A stretch of DNA of 64,000 nt from positions 1,344,001 through 1,408,000 of the forward strand of contig CAWDML010000009.1 of the NCBI GenBank assembly GCA_963803435.1. The letters run 5' to 3'. The stretch comes from an uncultured delta proteobacterium. GTDB lineage: Bacteria; Myxococcota; Kuafuiibacteriia; Kuafuiibacteriales; Kuafuiibacteriaceae. The translations under genes and the position numbers were made by a program. Below the pieces are notes generated by a model. That model did not search any database, had not been told where the DNA came from, and saw nothing but the letters and a program-made list of their open reading frames with translations. This document shows, piece by piece, positions 14,701 through 23,251 of this stretch; positions within the stretch are counted from its first letter, which is position 1; each line of letters starts with the position of its first letter.

Positions 14701-15198
14701 GACCTCGGAGACTTCGACGGCGCCCTCTTGAAGCTCAAGCAGGCGCTCGAGATCGCCCGCGAGACCGGCAGCCGGCAGGGCGAGGCGACCTGGCGAGGCG
14801 AGATCGGCGTGCACCACCTGCGCGCGGGTCACCTGGACCTGGCGCTCTCCGAGCTCACCCGCTGCCTCGCCATCGCCCGCGAGATCGGCTTCTCGCTCTA
14901 CGAGGGCTGGGCCCACGTCTACCTGGGCGCGCTCGAGGTGGAGAAGAGCTACCACAGCTTCCAGCAGGCGCTCGAGCACATCGAGGCGGGCCTCGAGATC
15001 GCCGAGGAGCTCGAGAACCGCGAGCTCCGGATCGCCGGCCTGCTCCAGCTCGGCCGCGTCCGCCGGGCCGAGGGCGACCACGCCCGCGCCCGGAACACCC
15101 TCGAGGAGGCCGACGCGCTGGCGGTGGCGTCGGAGAACCTCCGGCTCCGGGTCCAGATCCAGGAGGAGCTGGTGGCGATCACGATGAAGCCGGGATGA
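11743..15198 (+). CDS. Ser/Thr kinase - AAA/STAND-type ATPase - TPR repeat protein
   Basis: GAGGMGVVY, HRDLKPEN and DFG; Walker A GPSGMGKS; Walker B LAFDDIHWAD; winged-helix-like RFYHE; C-terminal TPR array; no TM helix. Confidence 0.9.
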   Translation: MVGPTTIGRYRLIKRVGAGGMGVVYEAIDTRDDRRCALKVLLPHAAEEAEGLLRFKREFRALARLRHPNIVRVYDAGLENDVPFIAMEFIEGRDVRRHLRAIPDGPARDRESRRCLRQIFGALAHIHVRRIVHRDLKPENILVTADGRVKLMDFGVARLLRAPTSSSGLLGTFAYMAPEQVTSGEIDGRSDLYAIGVLMYEILTGDYPFPVEPPAAALHHHVNTHPQPITTVDQKADPQLAALAHKLLEKDPLDRLQTAEEAFAYLTDEDNTGGQMEQSLPGQLFTPRFVGRRLELEFLDRVVKDATAGRGRLIVIEGPSGMGKSRLLYELRSRIKRRTHVLVGQCASDRAQPYGPVQTVLDDIAAIAARAPSDVMRKILGRDAALVHAVSPRLGELGGPATVDHLDASERKVRLHKAIVGVIGRLALTRSVVLAFDDIHWADSSTLELIWDASRTLLAPRPGGTGSETVCPVAVVLTRRSLAEGPDQSEQLIRRLDEKGSIERMQLSSLEMDDVAEMMRTMTGVHRPLRTAIDETMRATHGRPLIVQDILQSWVDDGTLVRRHGSWFFRDDPLDAGRDDTPMFDAADSTNPEAPAVGSRRPPAHGDDAMLQKLQKLSDGARTLLEKLALLGRLLSAELVSAVAGDEEESFLDAIDELVRAGLLVEDVSHLGVRYRFYHEGFREAVARALNAAYRTELHRFIAEQLERKFRNRRSELAHVLARHYRQGGCPERAIAFLRMTAASASARGDLDAAMRRLSDALAIIDERPRTPAEATRRLKVLIAQIDLLLDFGRPREALDRADPEAAMSARDSEVMRSELMLRRAACQFALGKLDECLTTLGRMSPKAPTRSLGARSLELEGRARVSRGEYAQARAVLQAAHDIAEDAGLYDLAKELDAKVGMVMLHQGDYGGALAKLESGLARAREWGDARLIAEMLGHIGMIHAARANSTEALTCFREAIEIAEARGVRADLERWSGELGMLMTDLGDFDGALLKLKQALEIARETGSRQGEATWRGEIGVHHLRAGHLDLALSELTRCLAIAREIGFSLYEGWAHVYLGALEVEKSYHSFQQALEHIEAGLEIAEELENRELRIAGLLQLGRVRRAEGDHARARNTLEEADALAVASENLRLRVQIQEELVAITMKPG

Positions 15199-15233
15199 GA
15201 CCACTTCACCGGAGCTTCCGAATCATGCGCGAG

Positions 15234-15507
15234 CGATAACGGCGAGGCCTCGCAAGGAGCGAAGCGACGCGCAGCAGCGCGCGAAGCGCGATGCGAAGGG
15301 CCGCAGGCGACTTCACGTCGCCGATAACGGCGAGGCCTCGCAAGGAGCGAAGCGACGCGCAGCAGCGCGCGAAGCGCGATGCGAAGGGCCGCAGGCGACT
15401 TCACGTCGCCGATAACGGCGAGGCCTCGCAAGGAGCGAAGCGACGCGCAGCAGCGCGCGAAGCGCGATGCGAAGGGCCGCAGGCGACTTCACGTCGCCGA
15501 TAACGGC
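15234..15507. repeat. Exact tandem repeat: 88-bp unit x3 plus 10 bp, rich in mini-hairpins (REP/BIME-like)
   Basis: Units begin CGATAACGGC at 15234, 15322, 15410 and 15498 (partial). The copies are identical. The array is intergenic between convergent genes. Confidence 0.95.
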
Positions 15508-15518
15508 CAAGTCCCGAC

Positions 15519-17087
15519 TCAGTCCGTCGCGAAGCAGTAGATGTGGCCGCGGCCGAGCGTGCAGACCAGCGTGAAGAAGTCGCAGCCCGCCGGGTGAGCG
15601 GAGTTCCAGGAGCTGTCCTCGTTGTCCGGGCGGCCTTGCTGGCCGTCCGCGTGTCCCACGGTGCCGAACGTGTCGATCACCGACGAGGTCCAGCCGAGGC
15701 AGTCGTCGCCGGAGGGGGTGCCGTCGGGGTTGGAGCCGGTGTAGACGTCGTGCTCGATGCCCCACTCCACGTGGGTCCCGTGCTCATCCACGATCAGCGA
15801 CGCGGAGACCTGGTCGGCGTGGAGGGCGTCGACGCAGGAGGGGTTGCCGGCGGTGTTGCAGGTGTCGCTGACGATGCGCTCGCCGTAGGCGTTGAACCAG
15901 GGGCCGGCGCCGATTCAATCGCGGGCGGCGATGCCGCCCTGCATGTCCGAGAGGTAGGCACGCCAGGTCTTGCCGGTGACGCCGGCGGCCTCGGCGAGCT
16001 GGCGGCAGCGGTCGTCGGCGCCGGCGAGGCCTCCCAGGTTGCCGCCGTTCATCATGGTGCCGTCCGAGCTGATGAAGAAGGTCATCGTGGGGGAGGCCGA
16101 GGTGAACGGGTCGCACTGCCAGCCGGGGGAGCGGGTGGGCTTCCAGCGACAGGCGGTGTCGGCGGCGCAGCTGCCGCAGGTGCCGCCGCAGTCGTCCGGC
16201 CCGCACTGCCAATCCGCGCAGGTCGGGGTGCACGCGGTCTCGCAGTAGCACAGGCCGCTCGGGAGGCAAGTGAGACCGACGGGGCAGGTCCCGCAGCAGC
16301 CGTCCGCGCTGCACTCGAGGCCGGTGCAATCTCGGTTGCAACCCTCGCACTGGCCGGCGGCGTTGCACATCTCGTTCGGGTCGCAGGCGCCGCAGCTTCC
16401 GCCGCAGCCGTCGTCGCCGCAGACCCGGCCAGCGCAGCTGGGGGCGCAGCACTGGCCGGAGGCGAAGTCGCAGAGCTCCGTGGGCTGGCAGTCCCCGCAG
16501 GAGCCATTGCAGCCATCGTCGCCGCACTGGCGCCCCGTGCAGGCCGGGGTGCAGACCTCGCACTGGCGAGCGCCGTTGCAGATGTCGCCCTGCGGGCAGT
16601 CGCCGCAGGAGCCGCCGCAGCCGTCGTCGCCGCAGGCCGCGCCCGCGCAGCTCGGCTCGCAGCAGGTGCCGTCCGCGGCGCAGGTGGCGGAGGTGCTGGT
16701 GCAGGTGCCGCAGGAGCCGTTGCAGCCGTCGTCCCCGCACTCGCGGCCGGTGCAGCTCGGCATGCAGACGAAGCAGCGGCCGTCGGCGCCGCAGGTCAGC
16801 TCGGGGGAACACAATCCGCAGGAGCCGCCGCAGCCGTCGTCGCCGCAGTCGCAATCGGTGCAGTTCGCCGTGCAGCCCGTCGCGCACCGCCCGGCCGCCG
16901 TGCACGACTCGCCGGTCGCGCAGGTGCCGCACAGGCCGCCGCAGCCGTCGACGCCGCAGCTCCGTCCCTCGCAGCGGGGCGTGCAGGGCGGCGGCGGCTC
17001 GTTGTGAGAGGTCGACGGGCATCCGCACAGCAGCGCCAGCAGGACCGTGGTCGTTGTCGCTCTCGGAGCTCTCACCGGGCGCGCCAT
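15519..17087 (-). pseudogene. Cys-rich repeat lipoprotein with C-terminal endostatin-like/DUF1554-type domain, interrupted by an in-frame TGA at 15915-15917
   Basis: Lipobox LLCGC; GNLGGLAGADDRCRQLA...WRAYLS...AARD*IGAGPWFN...SWNSAH...GHIYCFA. ORFs 15915..17096 and 15519..15791 are in the same frame. Confidence 0.75.
16149..16985 (-). repeat. Coding Cys-rich repeat (~35 aa, CxPxCxGxxCGxDGCGGSCGxC) x8
   Basis: Six canonical and two degenerate copies are visible in the translation. Confidence 0.85.
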
Positions 17088-17114
17088 CAGTACCATACCG
17101 TCAGGTGAGCGGGA

Positions 17115-17648
17115 TCAGGCGTAGGCCGCGATCTTCTCCTCGATCCGCGCCTCCAGGAGGGCGCTGGCGCCACGGAGGGTGTCGCGGATCTGCCGCGCCT
17201 CCTCCCGATAGCGGCGGCGCTTGTCGTGGGTCCAGTGGTGCGGGGGCGGCTCGAGGTTCGTGATCCGATCGGCCAGCTTCACCGCCCAGACCTCGCGGGG
17301 CTGGGCCCGGATCCGCGCCAGCGAGTCCGTCATGCGCGCTGACTTCTCCAGGGCCTCGTCCTTGGTCAGCGCCGAGACGCCCGCCGCCACGCGCGGGCCG
17401 AACGCGGCCTCGATCGACTCGACCGAGACGCCCGCGTCCTCGATCGTATCGTGGAGCAGCGCGCAGGGGATCGCGAGGTCCGCGTCCAACACCGGGTCCG
17501 CGGCGCAGGCGGCGATCGTCTCCATCGCCACCTTCGACAGATGCACCACGTACGGCAGGCCGCTGCCCGGCACGCGCTGGTCACCGTGGGCCTCGGCCGC
17601 AAAGTCGAGCGCGCGCTTGTAGACCTCCTGGGAGAAGATCGCCTTCAT
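17115..17648 (-). CDS. HD-domain small alarmone hydrolase (Mesh1/SAH-like, RelA-SpoT hydrolase domain)
   Basis: FAAEAHGDQR..SGLPYVVH, ALLHDTIED, VSALTKD and VKLADRITNL. Confidence 0.88.
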   Translation of the reverse strand: MKAIFSQEVYKRALDFAAEAHGDQRVPGSGLPYVVHLSKVAMETIAACAADPVLDADLAIPCALLHDTIEDAGVSVESIEAAFGPRVAAGVSALTKDEALEKSARMTDSLARIRAQPREVWAVKLADRITNLEPPPHHWTHDKRRRYREEARQIRDTLRGASALLEARIEEKIAAYA

Positions 17649-17652
17649 CGCC

Positions 17653-20600
17653 TCATCTTCGCCGGAGGAGGAGGGCCAGCGCGAGCAGCCCGAAGACGAT
17701 CCCGCCCCCGGCCGAGCGGTCCGCGGTCCGGCATCCACAGGCCTTGCCATCGGGCGGCCCCGTCACACCGGCATCGGCCGCCGCCCCGGCGTCAGCGAGC
17801 GCGCCGGCGTCGTCCGTGGAGGAGGCCGCGTCGACCGTCCCGGCGTCGGGCGGCTCCACCGGCTCACCGGCGCGCGGGCTCTCGGGCGGTCCCTCTGCGT
17901 CGGGCACGAACGCCGGATCGGCGCTGAGGAGGAGGCGGTCGATCACCGCCCCGTCCTCGCGCATCCAGAGCGAGATCGTGTGGACACCGGGCTCACCCAC
18001 CTCGAGCGTGGCGTTCGGGCCGTCCATCGTGGACCGCGTCCAGGTCCAGACTCGAGCGTCGGTGAACGTGATCCGATCCGCCGTCGCCGCGATCGCGCCG
18101 TCGATGCCCAGGTGAACCGAATCGTCGTCGCCGTCGCCGTACGCGTGCCCGCGGATCCAGACGGAGTACGTCCCCGGCTCGAGCGAGACCGGGTAGTCGA
18201 GCCGCGGGCTCTCTTCGGGCTGGGCGGCCTCCCGAAGCTCCTCGACGTCCGGCTGGGCGATCACCGCGCCGTCTCCTGCATAGCCGTGGGGGCGGGTGAT
18301 CGGCACGAACGCGTGACCGCCGGCCTCGGTCGCGCGGAAGAAGTGCTCCGCCTCCACCACCAGCAGGCCGGCTTGCGCCTCGAACGGCGGCGCCGGACGG
18401 GGCGGCCCGTCGATGATCTCCAGGTAGTCGAGGTCGGCGGTGGCGCGATCGCCCGGATCGGTCTGGATCCGGATCGTGTTCGCGCCCGCGTTCAGCCGGA
18501 TGGGGCGATAGGCGGTGCGCTCGAACATCCACCAGTCGGAGGAGGGCGGAAAGACGACGTCGCCGGCGGCCACACCGTTCACATAGAGCGCGCGCGAGGC
18601 CCAGGTGGCGCTCCCGTTGGCGAAGCCGATCGCGAGCTCGTGATCGCCGTCGGTGTCGGCCGAGACGTCGATCTCGACGAAGCTGTCCGGTGTCTCTAGG
18701 CCGCCGACGTACGTCCCACCGGAGGCGGTGGCCTTCCGGCCGATCGCGCCGCTGGTCCGACCGCCCTCAGCCTGGAAGCGGCGGATCGGATCCGCCAGAC
18801 ACAGCCCGCCCAGACGGATCGTGATCTCGCCGCTGACCGCGGTCGGGCGGGTCACCACGCCGATCCCCGAGCTCCGCGCGGAGGTCATCGGATATGCGCC
18901 CACGCCGTGGGCCTCGGCCTCCCGGCGCGAGTGATAGACCGCCGCGGTCTCGCCGCCGATCGAGGCGCACGGCGCCGCCGCGACGCCGTGAAACTCCACG
19001 CGATACCGTCGCGAGGCACCGGCGCCGGCGAACGTCCCCTCGGCCGCGTGGATCCGGAGCAGCTTCTCGGTCTGGCTCCAGTCGATGACGGTCCGGCGGA
19101 TCGCGCCCGTCCGATAGGCCTCCGACCTGCCGTCGTCCTCGGCGAGGGTGAAGCGCGCGTCAGCCCCGGGATAGACGTGCAGATCGAGGACGTCGTCCCT
19201 CAGAAAGGCGGCGCTGTCGGCGGGCTTCTCCATGGGAACGATCGATCCGGCCTTCACGAAGATCGGGATCCGTCCGGGGGACGCGAAAACCTCGATCACG
19301 CCGCCGGCGGGATAGACATCGTCGGTCCAGAAGTCGTACCAGCCGCCGTTCGGCCACTCGGGGAGCCACACGGACACCGGGGCATCGCCGGCGTTCGGCA
19401 CCGGCGTCACCAGGAGCTCGCGACCCCAGAGGTACTCGAGGTCGTAGGTCCAGGCCCGATCGTCGTTGCCGTACTCGAGGAGCAGCGGTCGAGCCATCGG
19501 CGCTCCGAAGAGCGCGGCCTCCACCGCGTAGCTGTACAGGTATGGCATCAGCGCCATGCGGAGACCGGCGTAGCGCTCCGCCAGCACCTGGGCAGCCGGC
19601 GATCGATCCATCGGCCAGCGGAGCGGCCCCACGCCGTGCGGCTTCCAGTACGGAGTGAAGCTCCCGAACGCGAGGGCCCACTGGCGATACAGGACGTCGA
19701 ACGTCGCCTCGTCGAGCCCTTCGGCGTTGAAGCCGCCGGCGTCGTGGCCCCAGAACGGGAACCCAGAGAGACCGGCGGCCTGCATGCCCCGGATCTGGAG
19801 CTGCATCTCGCCGTAGCTCGAGTCGAGATCTCCGCTCCACAGCGTCGCCGCGCGCTGGCCCCCGGCCGTCATCCCGCGTACCCAGATGAACGGGCGCTCC
19901 GCGGGACCGATCGACTGATCCCAACCCTCCGCGCCGAGGGCCTCGGCGACGTAAAGAAACCAGAGGTTCCGCACCTCCGCCCAGCGGCGGCCGTCGCCGG
20001 TGATCGTGTCGTCGGGAACCGCGCCGTTCTCGTCGAACTCGTCGATCCAAAGGCCGTCGTGCGGATAGCCGAGCGCGGGATCCGCGGTCATGCGGAGGAT
20101 GAGATCCCACCACCAGCGGCGGACCTCGGGCCGCGTCAGATCGGGCGAGCTGTCGCCGAACTCCACCTGGTCGGTCCCAGGAAGGTTGAACTCGGGGCGC
20201 CAGCCGTCGCTCTGGGCGGCGATGCAGCGGTTGAAGTCGAGCGTCGCCACCAGACCCTCGGCGGTGAGCCAGCGCTCGAAGGCGGCCGGATCGGGATAGC
20301 GCGTCGGATCCCAGGCGAAGCGCGACAGGCAGCGCTCTCCGCCGCCGGCGCGCCAGCGGTTGTCGTTGATCAAGTGATCGAGCGGCAGCCCCAGCGCGCG
20401 GTGCTTGGCCACGTTCGCTTGCCACCAGGCCGCGTCGGAGATGTCGGGCGCGCCCTTGTCCGAGAGCGCCAGGCCGAACATGGCGCGCGGCGGGAGGCGA
20501 GGGCGGCCGGTCAGCGCGGTGTAGCGATCGAGGAGGTCGAGCAGCCGCGGCCCCGCCAAGAGGAAGACGTCGAGCTGGCCCTCGGCCTGCGTGATCGCGT

Positions 20601-21255
20601 AGCGGGCCGCTTCGCCCAGCTGGAACGTGACGTCGAACGCTGCGTTGACGAAGACGCCGTAGCCCCGGCTCGACAGATAGAACGGGACAATCAGGGGCGA
20701 CTGCTCGCCGTGCATGCGGCCGTAGTGGCGGACGTGCGTGGCGCCCGCCAGGTCGAGCTTGGGGACGCGGCCGAAGAATCCGTGGCCGAGCCCGGCGAAG
20801 TGCTCCGCAGCGACGTAGTCGAAGCCGATCGTGGTGCTGGGACCGTCAAAGGTGACGCGGCCGCCCGACAGGCGCGTCTCGTTCTCACCGGCGAGCCCGA
20901 ATGATAGGCCCAGATCGGTCTTGGTCAGCACGAGCTGGGCGGCGCCGGCGGTGGCGGCGCCGATCTCGAGGCGGTCGCTCCGATCATCCGCGGTGATCGC
21001 GCCCGGCCAGTCGTGGCGCTCCACCATGTCCGGCGTGCGCTCCGGGAGGAACGTCTCGCCGGGGCGCGCCACCTGGACGCGCAGGATCTGATCACCGTAG
21101 GGCGTGATCCGGAGCTGCGCTCCGTTCGAAGACACGATCACGATCGCACGTCCGTCGGTCCGTTGAGACTGATAGCTGCCCAGATCCTGCGCCCAGGCCG
21201 GTGAGGAGAGGAGACACGCGGCGATCGCGAGCGCTGCCGGCGAGCGCAGCTTCAC
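17653..21255 (-). CDS. Secreted GH31 glycoside hydrolase with CBM35/CBM6-like modules and MYXO-CTERM anchor
   Basis: Signal peptide; PFYLSSRGYG, YTALTGRP, WIDEFDE, WSGD, PFWGHDAGGF and EYLWGRELLVTP; CBM-like AEGG/AEHF modules; C-terminal ACGCRT...LLALALLLRRR. Confidence 0.88.
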   Translation of the reverse strand: MKLRSPAALAIAACLLSSPAWAQDLGSYQSQRTDGRAIVIVSSNGAQLRITPYGDQILRVQVARPGETFLPERTPDMVERHDWPGAITADDRSDRLEIGAATAGAAQLVLTKTDLGLSFGLAGENETRLSGGRVTFDGPSTTIGFDYVAAEHFAGLGHGFFGRVPKLDLAGATHVRHYGRMHGEQSPLIVPFYLSSRGYGVFVNAAFDVTFQLGEAARYAITQAEGQLDVFLLAGPRLLDLLDRYTALTGRPRLPPRAMFGLALSDKGAPDISDAAWWQANVAKHRALGLPLDHLINDNRWRAGGGERCLSRFAWDPTRYPDPAAFERWLTAEGLVATLDFNRCIAAQSDGWRPEFNLPGTDQVEFGDSSPDLTRPEVRRWWWDLILRMTADPALGYPHDGLWIDEFDENGAVPDDTITGDGRRWAEVRNLWFLYVAEALGAEGWDQSIGPAERPFIWVRGMTAGGQRAATLWSGDLDSSYGEMQLQIRGMQAAGLSGFPFWGHDAGGFNAEGLDEATFDVLYRQWALAFGSFTPYWKPHGVGPLRWPMDRSPAAQVLAERYAGLRMALMPYLYSYAVEAALFGAPMARPLLLEYGNDDRAWTYDLEYLWGRELLVTPVPNAGDAPVSVWLPEWPNGGWYDFWTDDVYPAGGVIEVFASPGRIPIFVKAGSIVPMEKPADSAAFLRDDVLDLHVYPGADARFTLAEDDGRSEAYRTGAIRRTVIDWSQTEKLLRIHAAEGTFAGAGASRRYRVEFHGVAAAPCASIGGETAAVYHSRREAEAHGVGAYPMTSARSSGIGVVTRPTAVSGEITIRLGGLCLADPIRRFQAEGGRTSGAIGRKATASGGTYVGGLETPDSFVEIDVSADTDGDHELAIGFANGSATWASRALYVNGVAAGDVVFPPSSDWWMFERTAYRPIRLNAGANTIRIQTDPGDRATADLDYLEIIDGPPRPAPPFEAQAGLLVVEAEHFFRATEAGGHAFVPITRPHGYAGDGAVIAQPDVEELREAAQPEESPRLDYPVSLEPGTYSVWIRGHAYGDGDDDSVHLGIDGAIAATADRITFTDARVWTWTRSTMDGPNATLEVGEPGVHTISLWMREDGAVIDRLLLSADPAFVPDAEGPPESPRAGEPVEPPDAGTVDAASSTDDAGALADAGAAADAGVTGPPDGKACGCRTADRSAGGGIVFGLLALALLLRRR

Positions 21256-21288
21256 GGAGCAGAGGCTGGCACAGCCGCGCGGGCGCGG

Positions 21289-21441
21289 TCACTCCTCCTC
21301 GCGCGCGCGGCGTCGCTTCTCGGCCCGATCCCAGTCGTTGCGCACATTCCGGGAGCCCAGGTTCCAGCCGATGAGGAAACCCAGCCCGAGGATGAACGGG
21401 ATGAAGATGATGTGGTTGATCGGTGGAAGGAGGTCGCTCAC
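21289..21441 (-). CDS. Small single-TM protein (50 aa), last gene of the ccm operon; not in the ORF track
   Basis: MSDLLPPINHIIFIPFILGLGFLIGWNLGSRNVRNDWDRAEKRRRAREEE. Its GTG overlaps the upstream TGA (GTGA coupling). Confidence 0.7.
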   Translation of the reverse strand: MSDLLPPINHIIFIPFILGLGFLIGWNLGSRNVRNDWDRAEKRRRAREEE

Positions 21442-21752
21442 TTCTTCTCCGCTCGCTTGATGCGATCGGCGAGCTCCCCCATCTCCTTGGCGAGGTCGGA
21501 CTGCCGCCTTGCCACGAAGACCACGTAACCGAACATGCCCGCCAGGAACGTGCAGTAGGCGCCGACCACCAGCGGGTTCGGATCGACCTTGTTCGTGTCA
21601 GCGCCGCCGGCGACCTGCTCGAAGCCCGGCGGGGGCTTCTTGGCGGGCATGGCGGCGGCGCTGGCGGTCCCGCTCTGGGCGAACGCGGACGCGGCCGACG
21701 TCAGCCAGAGCGAGACGATGAAACCGAGCATCAAGAGGTTACGCCCCAACAT
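21438..21752 (-). CDS. ccmD: CcmD-family small membrane protein with N-terminal signal-like extension
   Basis: LVVGAYCTFLAGMFGYVVFVARRQSDL pattern (AY...TM...RRQ); lies directly after ccmC. Confidence 0.6.
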   Translation of the reverse strand: MLGRNLLMLGFIVSLWLTSAASAFAQSGTASAAAMPAKKPPPGFEQVAGGADTNKVDPNPLVVGAYCTFLAGMFGYVVFVARRQSDLAKEMGELADRIKRAEKK

Positions 21753-21765
21753 TGCTGTTCCTTTC

Positions 21766-22482
21766 TCAACCCTCGAGGCCGATCTCGGTGCTCTTCATGT
21801 GGAGTCGATCGAGCGCGGTTCTCAGCTTTCCCAGCCGGAGCCGCGCCCAGAGCATCGCGATGTAGGCGAGGTGGAAGGCGATCACGCAGGTCCAGAACGC
21901 GTGCTTCATCCGCGGCTCGAGGGTCGCCACCAGCTTGGGCGGGTGCGTCCCGCGCCAGATGTCCACCGAGACGTAGACGAAGATCGCGTTGAACACGGCC
22001 AGCACCGCCAGCCCGGCGGCGATCTGCTTGGCGTTCGGACCGGCATAGACGCGCACGATCTTGCACGCGACCAGCGTCAGGATCATGACCAGCGAGGAGG
22101 TGAGGCGGACGTCCCAGACCCAGTAGGCGCCCCAGGCCTTGCGGCCCCACAGCGGGCCGGAGATCACGACGAGGAGCCCGAACATGATGGACAGCTCCAC
22201 CGAGGCATCGGCGACGCGATCCCACTTGTCCTTCTTCGTGATGAGGTAGGCGATCGATCCGACCGCCATCAGCGGCGCCGACAGCAGCATCATCCAGGCC
22301 GACGGCACGTGGAAGTAGAAGATCTTCTGGACGAAGCCCATCACCTTCTCGGTGGGCGCATAGAAGAAGGCCATCCAGGCGCCGATCGCGAGCATGATGC
22401 CCGCCGCCGCGGAGAGGACGAGCAGGAGCGGCGGCGTCTTCAGACCCTTGATGCTGTCGAAGAGCTCTTCGTTGGTCGTCAC
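21766..22482 (-). CDS. ccmC: Heme exporter CcmC (WWD domain)
   Basis: QKIFYFHVPSAW, GPLWGRKAWGAYWVWDVRLT and THP. Confidence 0.92.
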   Translation of the reverse strand: MTTNEELFDSIKGLKTPPLLLVLSAAAGIMLAIGAWMAFFYAPTEKVMGFVQKIFYFHVPSAWMMLLSAPLMAVGSIAYLITKKDKWDRVADASVELSIMFGLLVVISGPLWGRKAWGAYWVWDVRLTSSLVMILTLVACKIVRVYAGPNAKQIAAGLAVLAVFNAIFVYVSVDIWRGTHPPKLVATLEPRMKHAFWTCVIAFHLAYIAMLWARLRLGKLRTALDRLHMKSTEIGLEG

Positions 22483-22498
22483 GAGATCACCTCCTCCA

Positions 22499-23251
22499 TC
22501 AATCCAGGAGCAACGCCTCGAACATCCAGAGCGAGGCGACCAAAAACACGACGTCGAACACCAGCAGAACCTTCAAGAAAACACCGAACTGATCGAGGGC
22601 CATCTCCGGCTCGAACAGCGCGGTGGTCGCCTTCACTCCGATCACCAGCACCGGGAGTATGATCGGATAGAACACGATTGCCAAAAGCACGTCCTTCGCG
22701 TGCGCGCGAAGCAGCATCGCCGCCAGCAGCGTCCCCACGATCGAGTAGCCGAGCGTGCCCAGTAGGATGCAGATCGCCAGGCGCCAGGTCCGTCCCATCC
22801 CGAAGGTGGCGCCTTCGGGGACGTTGAAGAAGAAGATGACGGACGGGACCACCACCACCTCGACCACCAGCATGAAGAGGAAGAGCCCCATCGCCTTGCC
22901 GAGATAGATCGCGGGGCGCGCCACCGGCGACAGGAGCAACGCGCGGATACAGTCGCCCTCGCGCTCGCGCTCGAAGGCCCGCCCGAGCCCCAGGGTCCCG
23001 GAGAAGGCGACGGCGACCCACATGATCCCGGCGGCGACCGACGACACCGTCTTCTGATCGCGGAAGAACGCGAACGAGAAGATCAGGACCACCAGGAAGC
23101 CGAAGTAGCCCATCGTCAGCAGGATCTCCTTGGAGCGCCACTCGACGCGGAGATCCTTGCCGGCGATGAAGAGCGCGTCCTTGATGACCACACCGAAGGA
23201 GTCGGCGGGCGGCGATTGCGGCACGGCTGCGCTCGCCTCCTCGCGGCTCAC
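22499..23251 (-). CDS. ccmB: Heme exporter permease CcmB
   Basis: [28 protein letters not shown] and YPIILPVL; six TM helices. Confidence 0.92.
   Translation of the reverse strand: MSREEASAAVPQSPPADSFGVVIKDALFIAGKDLRVEWRSKEILLTMGYFGFLVVLIFSFAFFRDQKTVSSVAAGIMWVAVAFSGTLGLGRAFEREREGDCIRALLLSPVARPAIYLGKAMGLFLFMLVVEVVVVPSVIFFFNVPEGATFGMGRTWRLAICILLGTLGYSIVGTLLAAMLLRAHAKDVLLAIVFYPIILPVLVIGVKATTALFEPEMALDQFGVFLKVLLVFDVVFLVASLWMFEALLLD

Noticed and set aside
15234-15507. CRISPR array or coding repeat
   Set aside because: The units are fully identical with no unique spacers and there are no cas genes. The 88-bp period breaks frame, so ORFs crossing it are spurious.
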